The notes below the pieces were generated by a model. That model searched no databases and had not been told where the DNA came from. It saw only the letters and a program-made list of their open reading frames with translations. A program made the translations under genes and the position numbers. Of a stretch of 11,404 bases of DNA, positions 1 through 7,829 are shown piece after piece; the stretch's first letter is position 1; each line of letters begins with the position of its first letter. This DNA comes from Armatimonadota bacterium (GTDB lineage: Bacteria; Sysuimicrobiota; Sysuimicrobiia; Sysuimicrobiales; Humicultoraceae): NCBI GenBank assembly GCA_052386995.1, contig JBQTJP010000234.1:1-11404 (forward strand), in the 5' to 3' direction.

Positions 1-6
1 ATGGAA

Positions 7-14
7 CTGTACAG
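7..14. promoter_or_regulatory. Putative YefM-YoeB operator palindrome CTGTACAG (TGTACA core), overlapping the AGGAGG RBS at 13-18
   Basis: A perfect 8-bp palindrome sits directly upstream of the antitoxin start. TGTACA is the established core of the E. coli yefM-yoeB operator repeats. Confidence 0.65.
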
Positions 15-28
15 GAGGATGTTCCGCA

Positions 29-316
29 ATGGCCGTTCAGATCACCTACACCAAGGCGCGCGCGAACCTGGCGCGACTCTGCGACCGCGCAGCGGAAGAC
101 CGCGAGACCATCATTATCACGCGGCGCGGTGTGCCCCGTGTGGCGTTGATCGCCGCCGACGAACTCTCCAGCCTGACAGAAACCGCACACCTGTTGAGAT
201 CGCCCAGGAATGCGGAGCGCCTGCTGAGAGCCATGAAACGTGCGCTCCGGGGCAGAGGAGCACCAAAATCCATCGCGACACTGCGCCGCCAGTTGGGCCT
301 TGAGGGCCGGAGCTAA
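29..316 (+). CDS. yefM: Type II antitoxin, Phd/YefM family (95 aa)
   Basis: Typical YefM sequence: ITYTKARANLARLCD...IIITRRG...VALI...SLTETAHLLRSPRNAERL. Strong AGGAGG RBS at 13-18. Lies directly upstream of a YoeB toxin. Confidence 0.93.
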   Translation: MAVQITYTKARANLARLCDRAAEDRETIIITRRGVPRVALIAADELSSLTETAHLLRSPRNAERLLRAMKRALRGRGAPKSIATLRRQLGLEGRS

Positions 317-328
317 GCACGAAACCGG

Positions 329-601
329 GTGGCAAGAGAACCGCGTCGCGAATCGGTGTTTCATCCTGAGTTCGTGGAAGACCTCCGCTACTGGATCGAG
401 ACCGACCGAAGAACCGCTCTTCGTGCCTTTGATCTCATCGAAGCGATTGTGCGAGATCCCTTTAGAGGCATTGGCAAACCTGAGCCTCTCAAGCATCTAG
501 CGCCCGGGACCTGGTCCCGTCGGCTCACACAGGAGCATCGAATCGTCTACCTGGTTCGCGAGAACCGGATAGACTTTCTGCAGGCCAGGTATCACTATTG
601 A
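329..601 (+). CDS. yoeB: Type II toxin, Txe/YoeB family ribosome-dependent mRNase (90 aa, GTG start)
   Basis: Motifs EDLRYW, DPFRGIGKPEPLKH, WSRRLTQEHRIVY and C-terminal RYHY. The Glu/Arg/His/Tyr catalytic set known from E. coli YoeB is present. Confidence 0.95.
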   Translation: MAREPRRESVFHPEFVEDLRYWIETDRRTALRAFDLIEAIVRDPFRGIGKPEPLKHLAPGTWSRRLTQEHRIVYLVRENRIDFLQARYHY

Positions 602-1386
602 TGGATCTTTCCGAGATAAGTGCATTCGCGCTGTCGGTCGCCCGCGAGGCTGCCGACCTCGTCATGCGCATCCTGCCCGAGGCCGCCGCGGCGAAAGACG
701 TCCGCCGCAAGGGGCCGCTGGACCTCGTCACGCGAGCAGACTATGATGCCGAGCGCCTGATTGCCGCGCGGATTCAGGCGCGGTTTCCGCACCACGGCGT
801 GCTCGCCGAGGAGGGAACCACTGTCACGGGGGAATCGCGCTGGTTGGTAGATCCCGTGGACGGCACGGCGAACTTCGCGCACGGGTTCCCGCTGTTTGCC
901 GTCTCGATTGCCTTTGAAGACCGCGGAGCGCTGCAGTGCGGCGTCGTTGCGGTCCCGCCCCTGAGCGAGTTCTTTGTGGCCGAACGCGGGCGCGGCGCGT
1001 ATCTGACGGTCGGCACGGCCGCCCCGGTCAAGCTGTCGGTGTCACCTGTCGACGAGATCGGATCGGCGCTGATCACGACCGGGCTTCCGGGCGAACCTGC
1101 TCGCTCCGCACACATTGCGACGCTTCCGCCGATCATGCGCGCCGCCGTGACGCGCATTACGGGGAGCGCCGCCGTGAATCTCGCCTACATTGCGGCCGGA
1201 CGGGTCGACGCGTTCTGGGAACCTGGGCTCAATGCATGGGATGTCGCCGCGGGAGTCCTCCTCGTCGAAGAAGCCGGCGGGCGCGTGACCGACCTCACCG
1301 GACGGCCGTTGCGCGCGCCGGGCGGTGATGTGCTGGCCACGAACGGCGCGCTGCATGCCGCGATGCTCGAGGTGATCAGAGGCTAG
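601..1386 (+). CDS. suhB: Inositol monophosphatase family protein (SuhB-like), 261 aa
   Basis: Motifs DLVTRADYDAE, AEEG, WLVDPVDGTANFAHG, GSAA and WDVAAG. The ATG at 601 overlaps the yoeB TGA (TGATG). The family call is confident; the exact substrate or orthologue (SuhB vs a HisN-like phosphatase) is not. Confidence 0.85.
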   Translation: MDLSEISAFALSVAREAADLVMRILPEAAAAKDVRRKGPLDLVTRADYDAERLIAARIQARFPHHGVLAEEGTTVTGESRWLVDPVDGTANFAHGFPLFAVSIAFEDRGALQCGVVAVPPLSEFFVAERGRGAYLTVGTAAPVKLSVSPVDEIGSALITTGLPGEPARSAHIATLPPIMRAAVTRITGSAAVNLAYIAAGRVDAFWEPGLNAWDVAAGVLLVEEAGGRVTDLTGRPLRAPGGDVLATNGALHAAMLEVIRG

Positions 1387-1397
1387 TACACCGGGGG

Positions 1398-2555
1398 TTA
1401 GATACCCGTTCTCGCTCCGGCCGCGGGTGCCGCGGAGGGCATACGCGGCGCGGTCATCAGGCGACGCATCACGACGACCAGCAGCGCGGCGCCCACCAGG
1501 ATCAGCGCGGCATAGGCGGCTTCGTACGGCGTCGTCGGGCCGGGATTGCCCGGTGAGGCGGCGTGCAGGCCTCGGTCGGTTATCACCGCAACGGCTGCGT
1601 GGATCGTTGCGATCAACGGCGCAGCGACGGGGAAGAGCACGGACCTCTCACCCGCCCCCTCCCGTCGGGTTCGAAGGATATGCCAGAGGGAGAAGAGAGC
1701 GGTCACCGCGAGGGCGCCGGCGACGATCGGGTAGAGGCGAAGCGTGTCTTCGAGATCGCCGGGGATCCACCCGAGTCGTCGAGGAAACTCCGTGAGGCGC
1801 TCATTGACTTCGGCCTGTCTCGCGCGAAGCGCCGCGCTGAGAGCCAGGTCTTCCTGCTGCTGACGCTTCCACGAGGCCGAAGCCGCGACCAACGTGCCGT
1901 CGAGGGCACGGAGCCCGTCCTCAACACGCCGGACGGCTTCTTTGGCGCGGGCAGACACGGCGCCGAAACGAGAGTCCTGTCCCTGCCACCGCGCCCAGAA
2001 GTTCGGATCCGCCGCGAATGCCTCACGCAGAACGTGATTGAGGGCCATGATGTCGTGGCTGACGACCTGGGCGGCACGGTACGCCTCTTCAGTCCTGGCG
2101 GGAGCGGGCTTCAGTAACCGCAGCGGTTCCAGCGCCGCCTCTAGCGACAGGCTCAGTGCCTCCACGGTCCGGCCGATGTGCCGTCGGATCTCCTCCTCGA
2201 CGAGCACTTCTTCCAGCACACGCACGTCGCCCGGCTTTGCGACTTCTCCGGCAACCCTGATGCGCGCCTTGTAGGGATTTCCCCGCGGCCCCACGACTGC
2301 GTGTCCGCGTTCCACCAGTTCGGCGATCGCGGAGCGGAGAATCGCCGGTGCCCCGTCCATCCTGCGGCGGAACCGTGCGACTCTGTCCAGTGCCACGGCC
2401 GCGGCGTTCACCGCCTGATCGGCTGATCTGATGCGCTCCTCGGCGTCGTTGAGCGCCTGGGCGATCGCGGGAATGGTAGCGCGCACCCGGATGAACGGCA
2501 GCAGTGCAAGATGAAGCGATCCGACCGCGACGAGGATGATCCCGATGACGATCAT
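1398..2555 (-). CDS. Hypothetical integral membrane protein (385 aa): N-terminal TM or signal anchor, about 250-aa helical/coiled-coil loop, three C-terminal hydrophobic segments
   Basis: Longest ORF in the interval. Hydrophobic stretches IVIGIILVAVGSLHLALLPFI, LYPIVAGALAVTALFSLWHIL, VLFPVAAPLIATIHAAVAVI and YAALILVGAALLVVVM. A/E/R/L/Q-rich heptad-like segments lie between TM1 and TM2. Starts 9 nt after the upstream ORF's stop. Confidence 0.75.
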   Translation of the reverse strand: MIVIGIILVAVGSLHLALLPFIRVRATIPAIAQALNDAEERIRSADQAVNAAAVALDRVARFRRRMDGAPAILRSAIAELVERGHAVVGPRGNPYKARIRVAGEVAKPGDVRVLEEVLVEEEIRRHIGRTVEALSLSLEAALEPLRLLKPAPARTEEAYRAAQVVSHDIMALNHVLREAFAADPNFWARWQGQDSRFGAVSARAKEAVRRVEDGLRALDGTLVAASASWKRQQQEDLALSAALRARQAEVNERLTEFPRRLGWIPGDLEDTLRLYPIVAGALAVTALFSLWHILRTRREGAGERSVLFPVAAPLIATIHAAVAVITDRGLHAASPGNPGPTTPYEAAYAALILVGAALLVVVMRRLMTAPRMPSAAPAAGARTGI

Positions 2556-2564
2556 GCCTGGCGT

Positions 2565-2951
2565 CTACGACGGTGCATATGCCCATACCTTGTAAAATCT
2601 GTCGAGCACGCGTCTGTTGATGATCTTCTTGTGGCGGCGGATCAGCTCCCGCAGGGGACGAGACGCGCGGCCGGACTCGTACACTTGTCGGTTCTGGGAT
2701 GCCGCGTCCAGGAGCACCTTGATCTCCTGCCGGGTCAGACTTCCCAACTCGAGGAGCCTGCTCAGTGTCTGACCGGCCTCGTCAAAGGTCAACACTTCGG
2801 CAATCCTCCGGATCAGGACTCCGCGCATCTCTTCGGCAAGCCGGTCATTCTGCTGCGCGATGCTCTGCACGATCCGGAAGCAGGCCTCCTTGACCTGCCC
2901 TGCCAGCTCTCGATCTTGATTCGCATAACTTAGGAATGCCGCGACAGCCAT
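2565..2951 (-). CDS. Hypothetical protein (128 aa) with a TIR-like N-terminal betaA-alphaA motif joined to a helical C-terminal domain; possible internally deleted TIR protein
   Basis: ATG at 2951 is preceded by GAGGGG (RBS-like). The start MAVAAFLSYANQDRELAGQVKEA matches the TIR box-1 pattern F[IL]SY..xD...A. The longer 2565-3209 call overlaps tetR and its promoter, so it is unlikely. Hand count gives 215/360 GC (about 60%) over 2581-2940, lower than the men genes. Confidence 0.65.
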   Translation of the reverse strand: MAVAAFLSYANQDRELAGQVKEACFRIVQSIAQQNDRLAEEMRGVLIRRIAEVLTFDEAGQTLSRLLELGSLTRQEIKVLLDAASQNRQVYESGRASRPLRELIRRHKKIINRRVLDRFYKVWAYAPS

Positions 2952-3023
2952 CCTTGTTTCCCCTCGCTCGGGCCTCTTCGGGTGGTGGTAATTGGCCAGG
3001 GCGGCTGTCAGCCCTGTTGGTAC

Positions 3024-3052
3024 TTGACCCCTTGTGACGCCCAGAGTAGGCT
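3024..3052 (+). promoter_or_regulatory. Sigma70-type promoter for the tetR-men operon: -35 TTGACC (3024-3029), 17-bp spacer, -10 TAGGCT (3047-3052)
   Basis: Near-consensus hexamers with optimal spacing in the divergent intergenic region. Predicted TSS is about 3058-3060. Confidence 0.7.
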
Positions 3053-3060
3053 TTACCTTG

Positions 3061-3076
3061 GACCGACGCGTCGGTC
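3061..3076. promoter_or_regulatory. Perfect 16-bp palindrome GACCGACGCGTCGGTC, putative TetR operator
   Basis: An exact reverse-complement palindrome begins just after the predicted TSS and upstream of a TetR gene. This is the classical autorepressor geometry. Confidence 0.75.
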
Positions 3077-3105
3077 TGGAAAGATGCTGTCCCGCGGGGC
3101 GCCGA

Positions 3106-3708
3106 GTGGCCCGTTCTGCGACCAACTCGAGGACACGAGATCGGCTAATAGCGGCCGCGATGGAAGTCTTTGCGGCCCGAGGGTACCACGGCACGGCCGT
3201 GGATGACATCGTCGCCGCCTCGGGGACCTCGAAAGGCGCATTCTACCATTACTTCCCAAGCAAGCAGGGCATTTTCCTGACGCTTCTCGATCAGCTGGCC
3301 GAGATGATCGAGGCCGGCGTTGAGAGCGCCATCACGGGCGAGCAGGGCGCCCTGGCCAAGGTCCAGGCGGCCCTCCGGGTTGTTTTAGAAGTCGTCTCCT
3401 CCCAGCGCGACCTCGCGCGGATACTGCTCATCGAGGCCGCCGCGCTCGGTCCGGCTTTTGAGCAGAGCCGGCTCGGCATCCACCGTCGCTTCGCGGCACT
3501 GATCCGGCGTCACCTCGACCGCGCGGTTATCGAAGGCTCGATCCCCCCACAGGATACTGAGACCCCGGCCATGGCCTGGATTGGCGCCATCAACGAGGTC
3601 ATCACACAGCAGCTGGTCGCGGGCGGTGACCTCATGGCCGCGCTGCCGGCGCTGCGCACCATGCTACTCCGGAGCATCGGTGCGAAGGTTCTAGATGAAC
3701 GGGTATAG
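3106..3708 (+). CDS. TetR/AcrR family transcriptional regulator (about 200 aa)
   Basis: HTH signature TRDRLIAAAMEVFAARGYHGTAVDDIVAASGTSKGAFYHYFPSKQGIF. GTG at 3106 is preferred because the 3034 start lies inside the promoter; the start is uncertain. Confidence 0.92.
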   Translation: MARSATNSRTRDRLIAAAMEVFAARGYHGTAVDDIVAASGTSKGAFYHYFPSKQGIFLTLLDQLAEMIEAGVESAITGEQGALAKVQAALRVVLEVVSSQRDLARILLIEAAALGPAFEQSRLGIHRRFAALIRRHLDRAVIEGSIPPQDTETPAMAWIGAINEVITQQLVAGGDLMAALPALRTMLLRSIGAKVLDERV

Positions 3709-5191
3709 CGCGATCGCATCCACAACGGTCCGTCTCCACATTGTCGAACGGCTGCGGCGGGCGGCCGACCTGGCGGCCCAGAAGGCGCGGACGTTGGGGC
3801 ATCCGGTTCTCGCGTGGGCGGCGATGCAGATTTCCCCTGTTGATCCCCTGGACGCGTTTGCTCGAAGCACCGCGTCGGACCGCGTTCTCTGGCTGCGCCC
3901 CGACGAGCGATTCGGTGTGGCCGGCGTCGGCTCGGCCTGGTCGGTCTCCCTCGAGGGCCCTGGTCGTTTCGAGAAGGCGTCCGAGGCCTGGCGCGCGTGT
4001 ATGGCCGACGCGGTCGGCGACGACGGTCACGCTGGCGAAATGGAAATGGGCCCGCTCGCGTTTGGAGGATTCGCCTTCGCGCCCGACGGACCCGCGGGCG
4101 CTGAATGGAGCGGGTATCCGGCCGCGGCGCTCGCGGTGCCCGCGGTCAGCGTCTGGACAGCCTGCGATACATGCTGGCTGGCCGTTGCGGTCGGTGCCGG
4201 GACGGATGGGCACGCCGATCTCGACCAGACCGTGGCCCTGCTGCGAACGATCGCTGAACCGGCGGGACGCGAAGCGGGTCACACCGGCAACGGAGCGAGC
4301 GGCGGCGTGCCGGAGGGCGTGCCGGAGTTGGAAGAGCTCCCTCCGCCGGACCGCTGGAAGGCGAGCGTCGAACGCGGGGCGCAGGCCGTCCGGGACGGGC
4401 TGTTCAGGAAGGTCGTGCTCGCCCGCGCGATCGAGCTGCGCGGTGTTCGCACCGAGCCCGCGGCGGCGCTCCGGAAGCTTCGCGCGGAGTATCCTAACTG
4501 CGCGGTCTTCGCCGTTGCGCGCGGCGATCGCTGCTTCCTTGGGGCGACCCCCGAGCGTCTCGTGCGGATCGCTGCGGGTCTCCTCACCACGGCGGCCGTG
4601 GCGGGCTCTGCACCGCGCGGGCGGACGCCGGATGAAGACCGCCGGTACGGCGACGTACTCCTGAACAGTCCCAAGGAGCGGCTCGAGCATGCGGTGGTCG
4701 TCGATGTGATCCGCGACGTGATCTCCGAAGCGTGTGATGAGGTTGCGGTGGCCGCGGCGCCCACCCTCCTCAAGGTCGCGAACATCCAGCACCTGGTCAC
4801 CCCGCTGGCCGGGCGTCTTCGCGAGCGGCTGAGCGTGCTGGAGCTGGCCGGACGGCTCCATCCCACTCCGGCTGTGGGAGGATTCCCGCGCGACCGCGCC
4901 CTGCGCTGGATGGACGAGCATGAGGAGCTCGATCGCGGATGGTATGCCGGACCCGTCGGCTGGATCGACCGGCGCGGCGACGGCGAATTTGCGGTGGCAA
5001 TCCGATCCGCGCTCATGCACGGAACCCGGGCGCTGCTCTTCGCGGGCTGCGGCGTCGTGGCGGATTCCGACCCCGATCAGGAGTACGCGGAGTCACGGCT
5101 GAAGCTGGGGCCGATGCTGTCGGCACTCGGCGTGGACGGTGCCGCGACTCCAGCGCAACCCGCGGCCCGGGATCGAGGCCGATCCCCGTGA
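3695..5191 (+). CDS. menF: Isochorismate synthase, menaquinone-specific (498 aa)
   Basis: Chorismate-binding (MST) motifs FGGFAF, KVVLAR, FLGATPERL, KERLEH, LHPTPAVGGFP, RGWYAGPVGW, FAVAIRS and FAGCGVV...EYAESRLK. First gene of the men cluster; overlaps tetR by 14 nt. Confidence 0.92.
   Translation: MNGYSAIASTTVRLHIVERLRRAADLAAQKARTLGHPVLAWAAMQISPVDPLDAFARSTASDRVLWLRPDERFGVAGVGSAWSVSLEGPGRFEKASEAWRACMADAVGDDGHAGEMEMGPLAFGGFAFAPDGPAGAEWSGYPAAALAVPAVSVWTACDTCWLAVAVGAGTDGHADLDQTVALLRTIAEPAGREAGHTGNGASGGVPEGVPELEELPPPDRWKASVERGAQAVRDGLFRKVVLARAIELRGVRTEPAAALRKLRAEYPNCAVFAVARGDRCFLGATPERLVRIAAGLLTTAAVAGSAPRGRTPDEDRRYGDVLLNSPKERLEHAVVVDVIRDVISEACDEVAVAAAPTLLKVANIQHLVTPLAGRLRERLSVLELAGRLHPTPAVGGFPRDRALRWMDEHEELDRGWYAGPVGWIDRRGDGEFAVAIRSALMHGTRALLFAGCGVVADSDPDQEYAESRLKLGPMLSALGVDGAATPAQPAARDRGRSP
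4304..4327 (+). repeat. 12-bp perfect tandem duplication (GGCGTGCCGGAG x2, encoding GVPE-GVPE) in a MenF linker
   Basis: Directly visible and in frame, within a low-complexity inter-subdomain loop. Confidence 0.8.
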
Positions 5192-6996
5192 GGCCCGAAG
5201 ACGCCACGTACGCCTATATCGGCGCCCTCATCGACGAAGTAGCACGCGCGGGCATCGCGCATCTGTGTCTCTGTCCCGGTTCGCGCTCGACCCCGCTCGC
5301 ACTCTGCGCCGCCCGGCATCCGGGCATCCGCACCTGGACGCTCATCGATGAGCGCTCGGCCTCGTTCTTCGCGCTCGGCCTGGCCAAAGGGTCGCGCGCG
5401 CCCGTGGCCGTGCTCTCGACGTCGGGCACCGCGGCGGCCAACTTCCTTCCGGCCGTCGTTGAAGCCCGTTACGGTCGCGTCCCGCTCGTCGTGCTCACCG
5501 CCGATCGACCGCACGAGCTGCGCGACGTCGGCGCCAACCAGACCATCGATCAAATCCACTTGTTCGGCACGCACGCGAAATGGTTTACCGATCTCGCCCT
5601 GCCCGAAGCCACCGAGGCCGCGTTGCGGTACGTGCGCTCAATCGCCTGCCAGGCCGTGGCCGCGGCCCGGGCGCTGCCTGCCGGCCCGGTTCATCTGAAC
5701 GTTCCACTCCGCGAGCCGCTCGTGCCCGCCGCGCGCGCGTCCGGGGACCGTGGCGAGCCGCCATGGGACGCGAGGGCCGCCGGACGTCCGTATACAGCGA
5801 GCGCCTCTGGGTTGCTGGCGCCCGATCCAGAGGCAACAGCGGCGCTGGCCGGTGACATGTCCCGTTTGGAGCGCGGCCTAATCGTCTGCGGTCCTGACGA
5901 TGACCCCGCGCTTCCCCGTGCAGCCGGCCGGCTGGCGGCGGCCACGGGATATCCGATTCTCGCCGACCCCCTTTCGCAGGTGCGGTGCGGACCGCACGAT
6001 CGGACCCTCGTCGTCGACAGCTACGACGCCTTTCTGCGACTGGACACTCTCGCCGACGCGCTCGTGCCGGATATCGTGATTCGCACGGGCGGCCTTCCGG
6101 CCTCACGGCCTCTGCAGCAGTATCTTCAGCGGCACGCGTCCAGCCGCCATGTGGTGTTTGACAGCGACGGTGGTTGGAACGATCCGATGCGACTGGCGTC
6201 GGACCTGATCCACACAGATGCGCGATTGATGTGCGAGTCGCTGGCTGATGGGCTCTATGCGCGGCGCGCGCCGGAGCGCCCCGCGAACTCGCCGTGGCCG
6301 GCGGTGTGGCTGCGGCTCGGAGCCGAAGCGCGGCAGGCCATACGACGCCGGCTGGACGTCCTCGACGAGCCTTTCGAAGGAAAAGTGTTCTCGGAACTCT
6401 CGGTGCTGCTGCCCGATGGCGCGACGCTGTACGTCGGAAACAGCATGCCTGTCCGCGACCTCGAGACGTTCTTCCCCGGTGTCCCGGGCGCGATCCGGAT
6501 TCTCGGGAACCGCGGAGCCAGCGGCATCGACGGCCTCGTGTCGAGCGCGCTCGGTGCCGCGGCCGCGGGGGACGGGCCGCTCGTCCTGGTCCTGGGTGAT
6601 CTGGCGTTGTATCACGATCTAAACGGCCTGCTGGCGGCGAAGCTGCACGGTCTGCGGGCCACGATCGTGTTGCTGAATAACGATGGCGGCGGCATCTTCT
6701 CCTTTATGCCGCAGGCCGGCGTGCCGGAGCACTTCGAGGCGCTCTTCGGGACGCCCACCGGCCTGGAGTTCAGGTTCGCTGCTCAACTGTACGGTGCCGG
6801 TTTCGTCAGGGCCGACGAGTGGGACGTCTTCCGCACGTCGCTGCGGGATGGTGTGGCTTCGAAGGGACTGGAGATCATCGAGGTACGGACGGACAGGGAC
6901 CGCAACGTGGTCCTCCACCGCCAGGTCTGGGCCGCGGTCAAAGACGCGCTGTCCGTCGATGACGTGGTACGCGCGTTACGTCTCCCTGTGAGGTGA
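5188..6996 (+). CDS. menD: SEPHCHC synthase MenD, ThDP-dependent (602 aa)
   Basis: Motifs [60 protein letters not shown] and GDLALYHD...[11 protein letters not shown] at 5188 overlaps the menF stop (GTGA). Confidence 0.96.
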   Translation: MRPEDATYAYIGALIDEVARAGIAHLCLCPGSRSTPLALCAARHPGIRTWTLIDERSASFFALGLAKGSRAPVAVLSTSGTAAANFLPAVVEARYGRVPLVVLTADRPHELRDVGANQTIDQIHLFGTHAKWFTDLALPEATEAALRYVRSIACQAVAAARALPAGPVHLNVPLREPLVPAARASGDRGEPPWDARAAGRPYTASASGLLAPDPEATAALAGDMSRLERGLIVCGPDDDPALPRAAGRLAAATGYPILADPLSQVRCGPHDRTLVVDSYDAFLRLDTLADALVPDIVIRTGGLPASRPLQQYLQRHASSRHVVFDSDGGWNDPMRLASDLIHTDARLMCESLADGLYARRAPERPANSPWPAVWLRLGAEARQAIRRRLDVLDEPFEGKVFSELSVLLPDGATLYVGNSMPVRDLETFFPGVPGAIRILGNRGASGIDGLVSSALGAAAAGDGPLVLVLGDLALYHDLNGLLAAKLHGLRATIVLLNNDGGGIFSFMPQAGVPEHFEALFGTPTGLEFRFAAQLYGAGFVRADEWDVFRTSLRDGVASKGLEIIEVRTDRDRNVVLHRQVWAAVKDALSVDDVVRALRLPVR

Positions 6997-7003
6997 GCCT
7001 CTG

Positions 7004-7822
7004 ATGCCCGTAGCGTGGCAAAAGGTTCGAGAGTACACCGACATCATCTACGAGCAGGCCGAGGGGATTGCAAAGATCACGATCAACCGGCCGGAGGTTC
7101 GCAACGCCTTCCGTCCCGAGACGATCTTCGAGCTGATCGATGCCTTCGCACACGCTCGTGAGGACGGCGGCATCGGCGTCGTGCTCTTCACGGGTGCCGG
7201 GAATGAGGCGTTCTGCTCGGGCGGAGACCAGCGCGTGCGCGGGGATGCCGGATATGTCGGGGCGGATCGGATCCCGCGGCTGAACGTCCTGGATCTGCAG
7301 CGCCTCATCCGGACCCTGCCCAAGCCGGTCATCGCGGTGGTCGCCGGATACGCGATCGGGGGCGGGCACGTGCTCCATGTGATCTGCGATCTCACGATCG
7401 CCGCCGACAACGCCGTGTTCGGACAGACCGGGCCGAAGGTCGGCAGTTTTGATGCCGGCTACGGCTCGACGTATCTGGCGCGCATCGTTGGGCACAAGAA
7501 GGCGCGAGAGATCTGGTATCTGTGCCGGCAGTACACTGCCGAGCAGGCCCTGGCAATGGGGCTTGTCAACACCGTGGTCCCGCTCGATCGTCTCGAGGAC
7601 GAGGCCCTCCGCTGGGCCAGGGAGATTCTGGACAAGAGTCCCCTGGCGATTCGGGTGTTGAAGGCGGCCTTCAATGCCGATACCGATGGGCTGGCCGGGC
7701 TGCAGCAGCTCGGCGGTGATGCCACGCTGCTCTACTATCTCTCTGATGAAGCAAAGGAAGGCCGCGACGCGTTTCTGGAGAAGCGCAAACCCAACTTCGG
7801 CAAGTTTCCGCGTTACCCGTAG
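7004..7822 (+). CDS. menB: 1,4-dihydroxy-2-naphthoyl-CoA synthase (272 aa)
   Basis: Motifs [66 protein letters not shown] and C-terminal [21 protein letters not shown] upstream. Confidence 0.97.
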   Translation: MPVAWQKVREYTDIIYEQAEGIAKITINRPEVRNAFRPETIFELIDAFAHAREDGGIGVVLFTGAGNEAFCSGGDQRVRGDAGYVGADRIPRLNVLDLQRLIRTLPKPVIAVVAGYAIGGGHVLHVICDLTIAADNAVFGQTGPKVGSFDAGYGSTYLARIVGHKKAREIWYLCRQYTAEQALAMGLVNTVVPLDRLEDEALRWAREILDKSPLAIRVLKAAFNADTDGLAGLQQLGGDATLLYYLSDEAKEGRDAFLEKRKPNFGKFPRYP

Positions 7823-7829
7823 GAGCAGC

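Noticed and set aside
1..303. 100-aa + strand ORF overlapping yefM in another frame
   Set aside because: No motifs, and it is displaced by the well-supported yefM frame with its RBS.
1387..1397. Intrinsic terminator between the convergent suhB and membrane-protein genes
   Set aside because: The gap is only 11 bp, with no stem-loop plus U-tract visible.
2985..3011. Minus-strand sigma70 promoter for the TIR-like gene (CTGACA as -35)
   Set aside because: No credible -10 hexamer at 16-18 bp spacing.
2952..3209. 86-aa N-terminal extension of the 2565-3209 minus ORF
   Set aside because: It overlaps the tetR HTH and the promoter/operator on the other strand. A better RBS plus ATG exists at 2951.
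3632..5020. 462-aa minus-strand ORF antisense to menF
   Set aside because: Shadow ORF typical of high-GC coding DNA. It is R/G/A-rich with no motifs and lies entirely opposite confidently called genes (tetR end and menF).
4939..5187. Upstream extensions of menD (from 4939) and likewise menA (7674), menE (8630) and tetR (3034) in the ORF track
   Set aside because: They overlap upstream genes or the promoter. Homology-like sequence begins at the coupled GTG starts 5188, 7830 and 8786, and at about 3106.
3695..5191. Siderophore or salicylate role for the isochorismate synthase (entC/pchA)
   Set aside because: It is directly coupled to menD/B/A/E/G, with no NRPS, isochorismatase or transport genes in the window.
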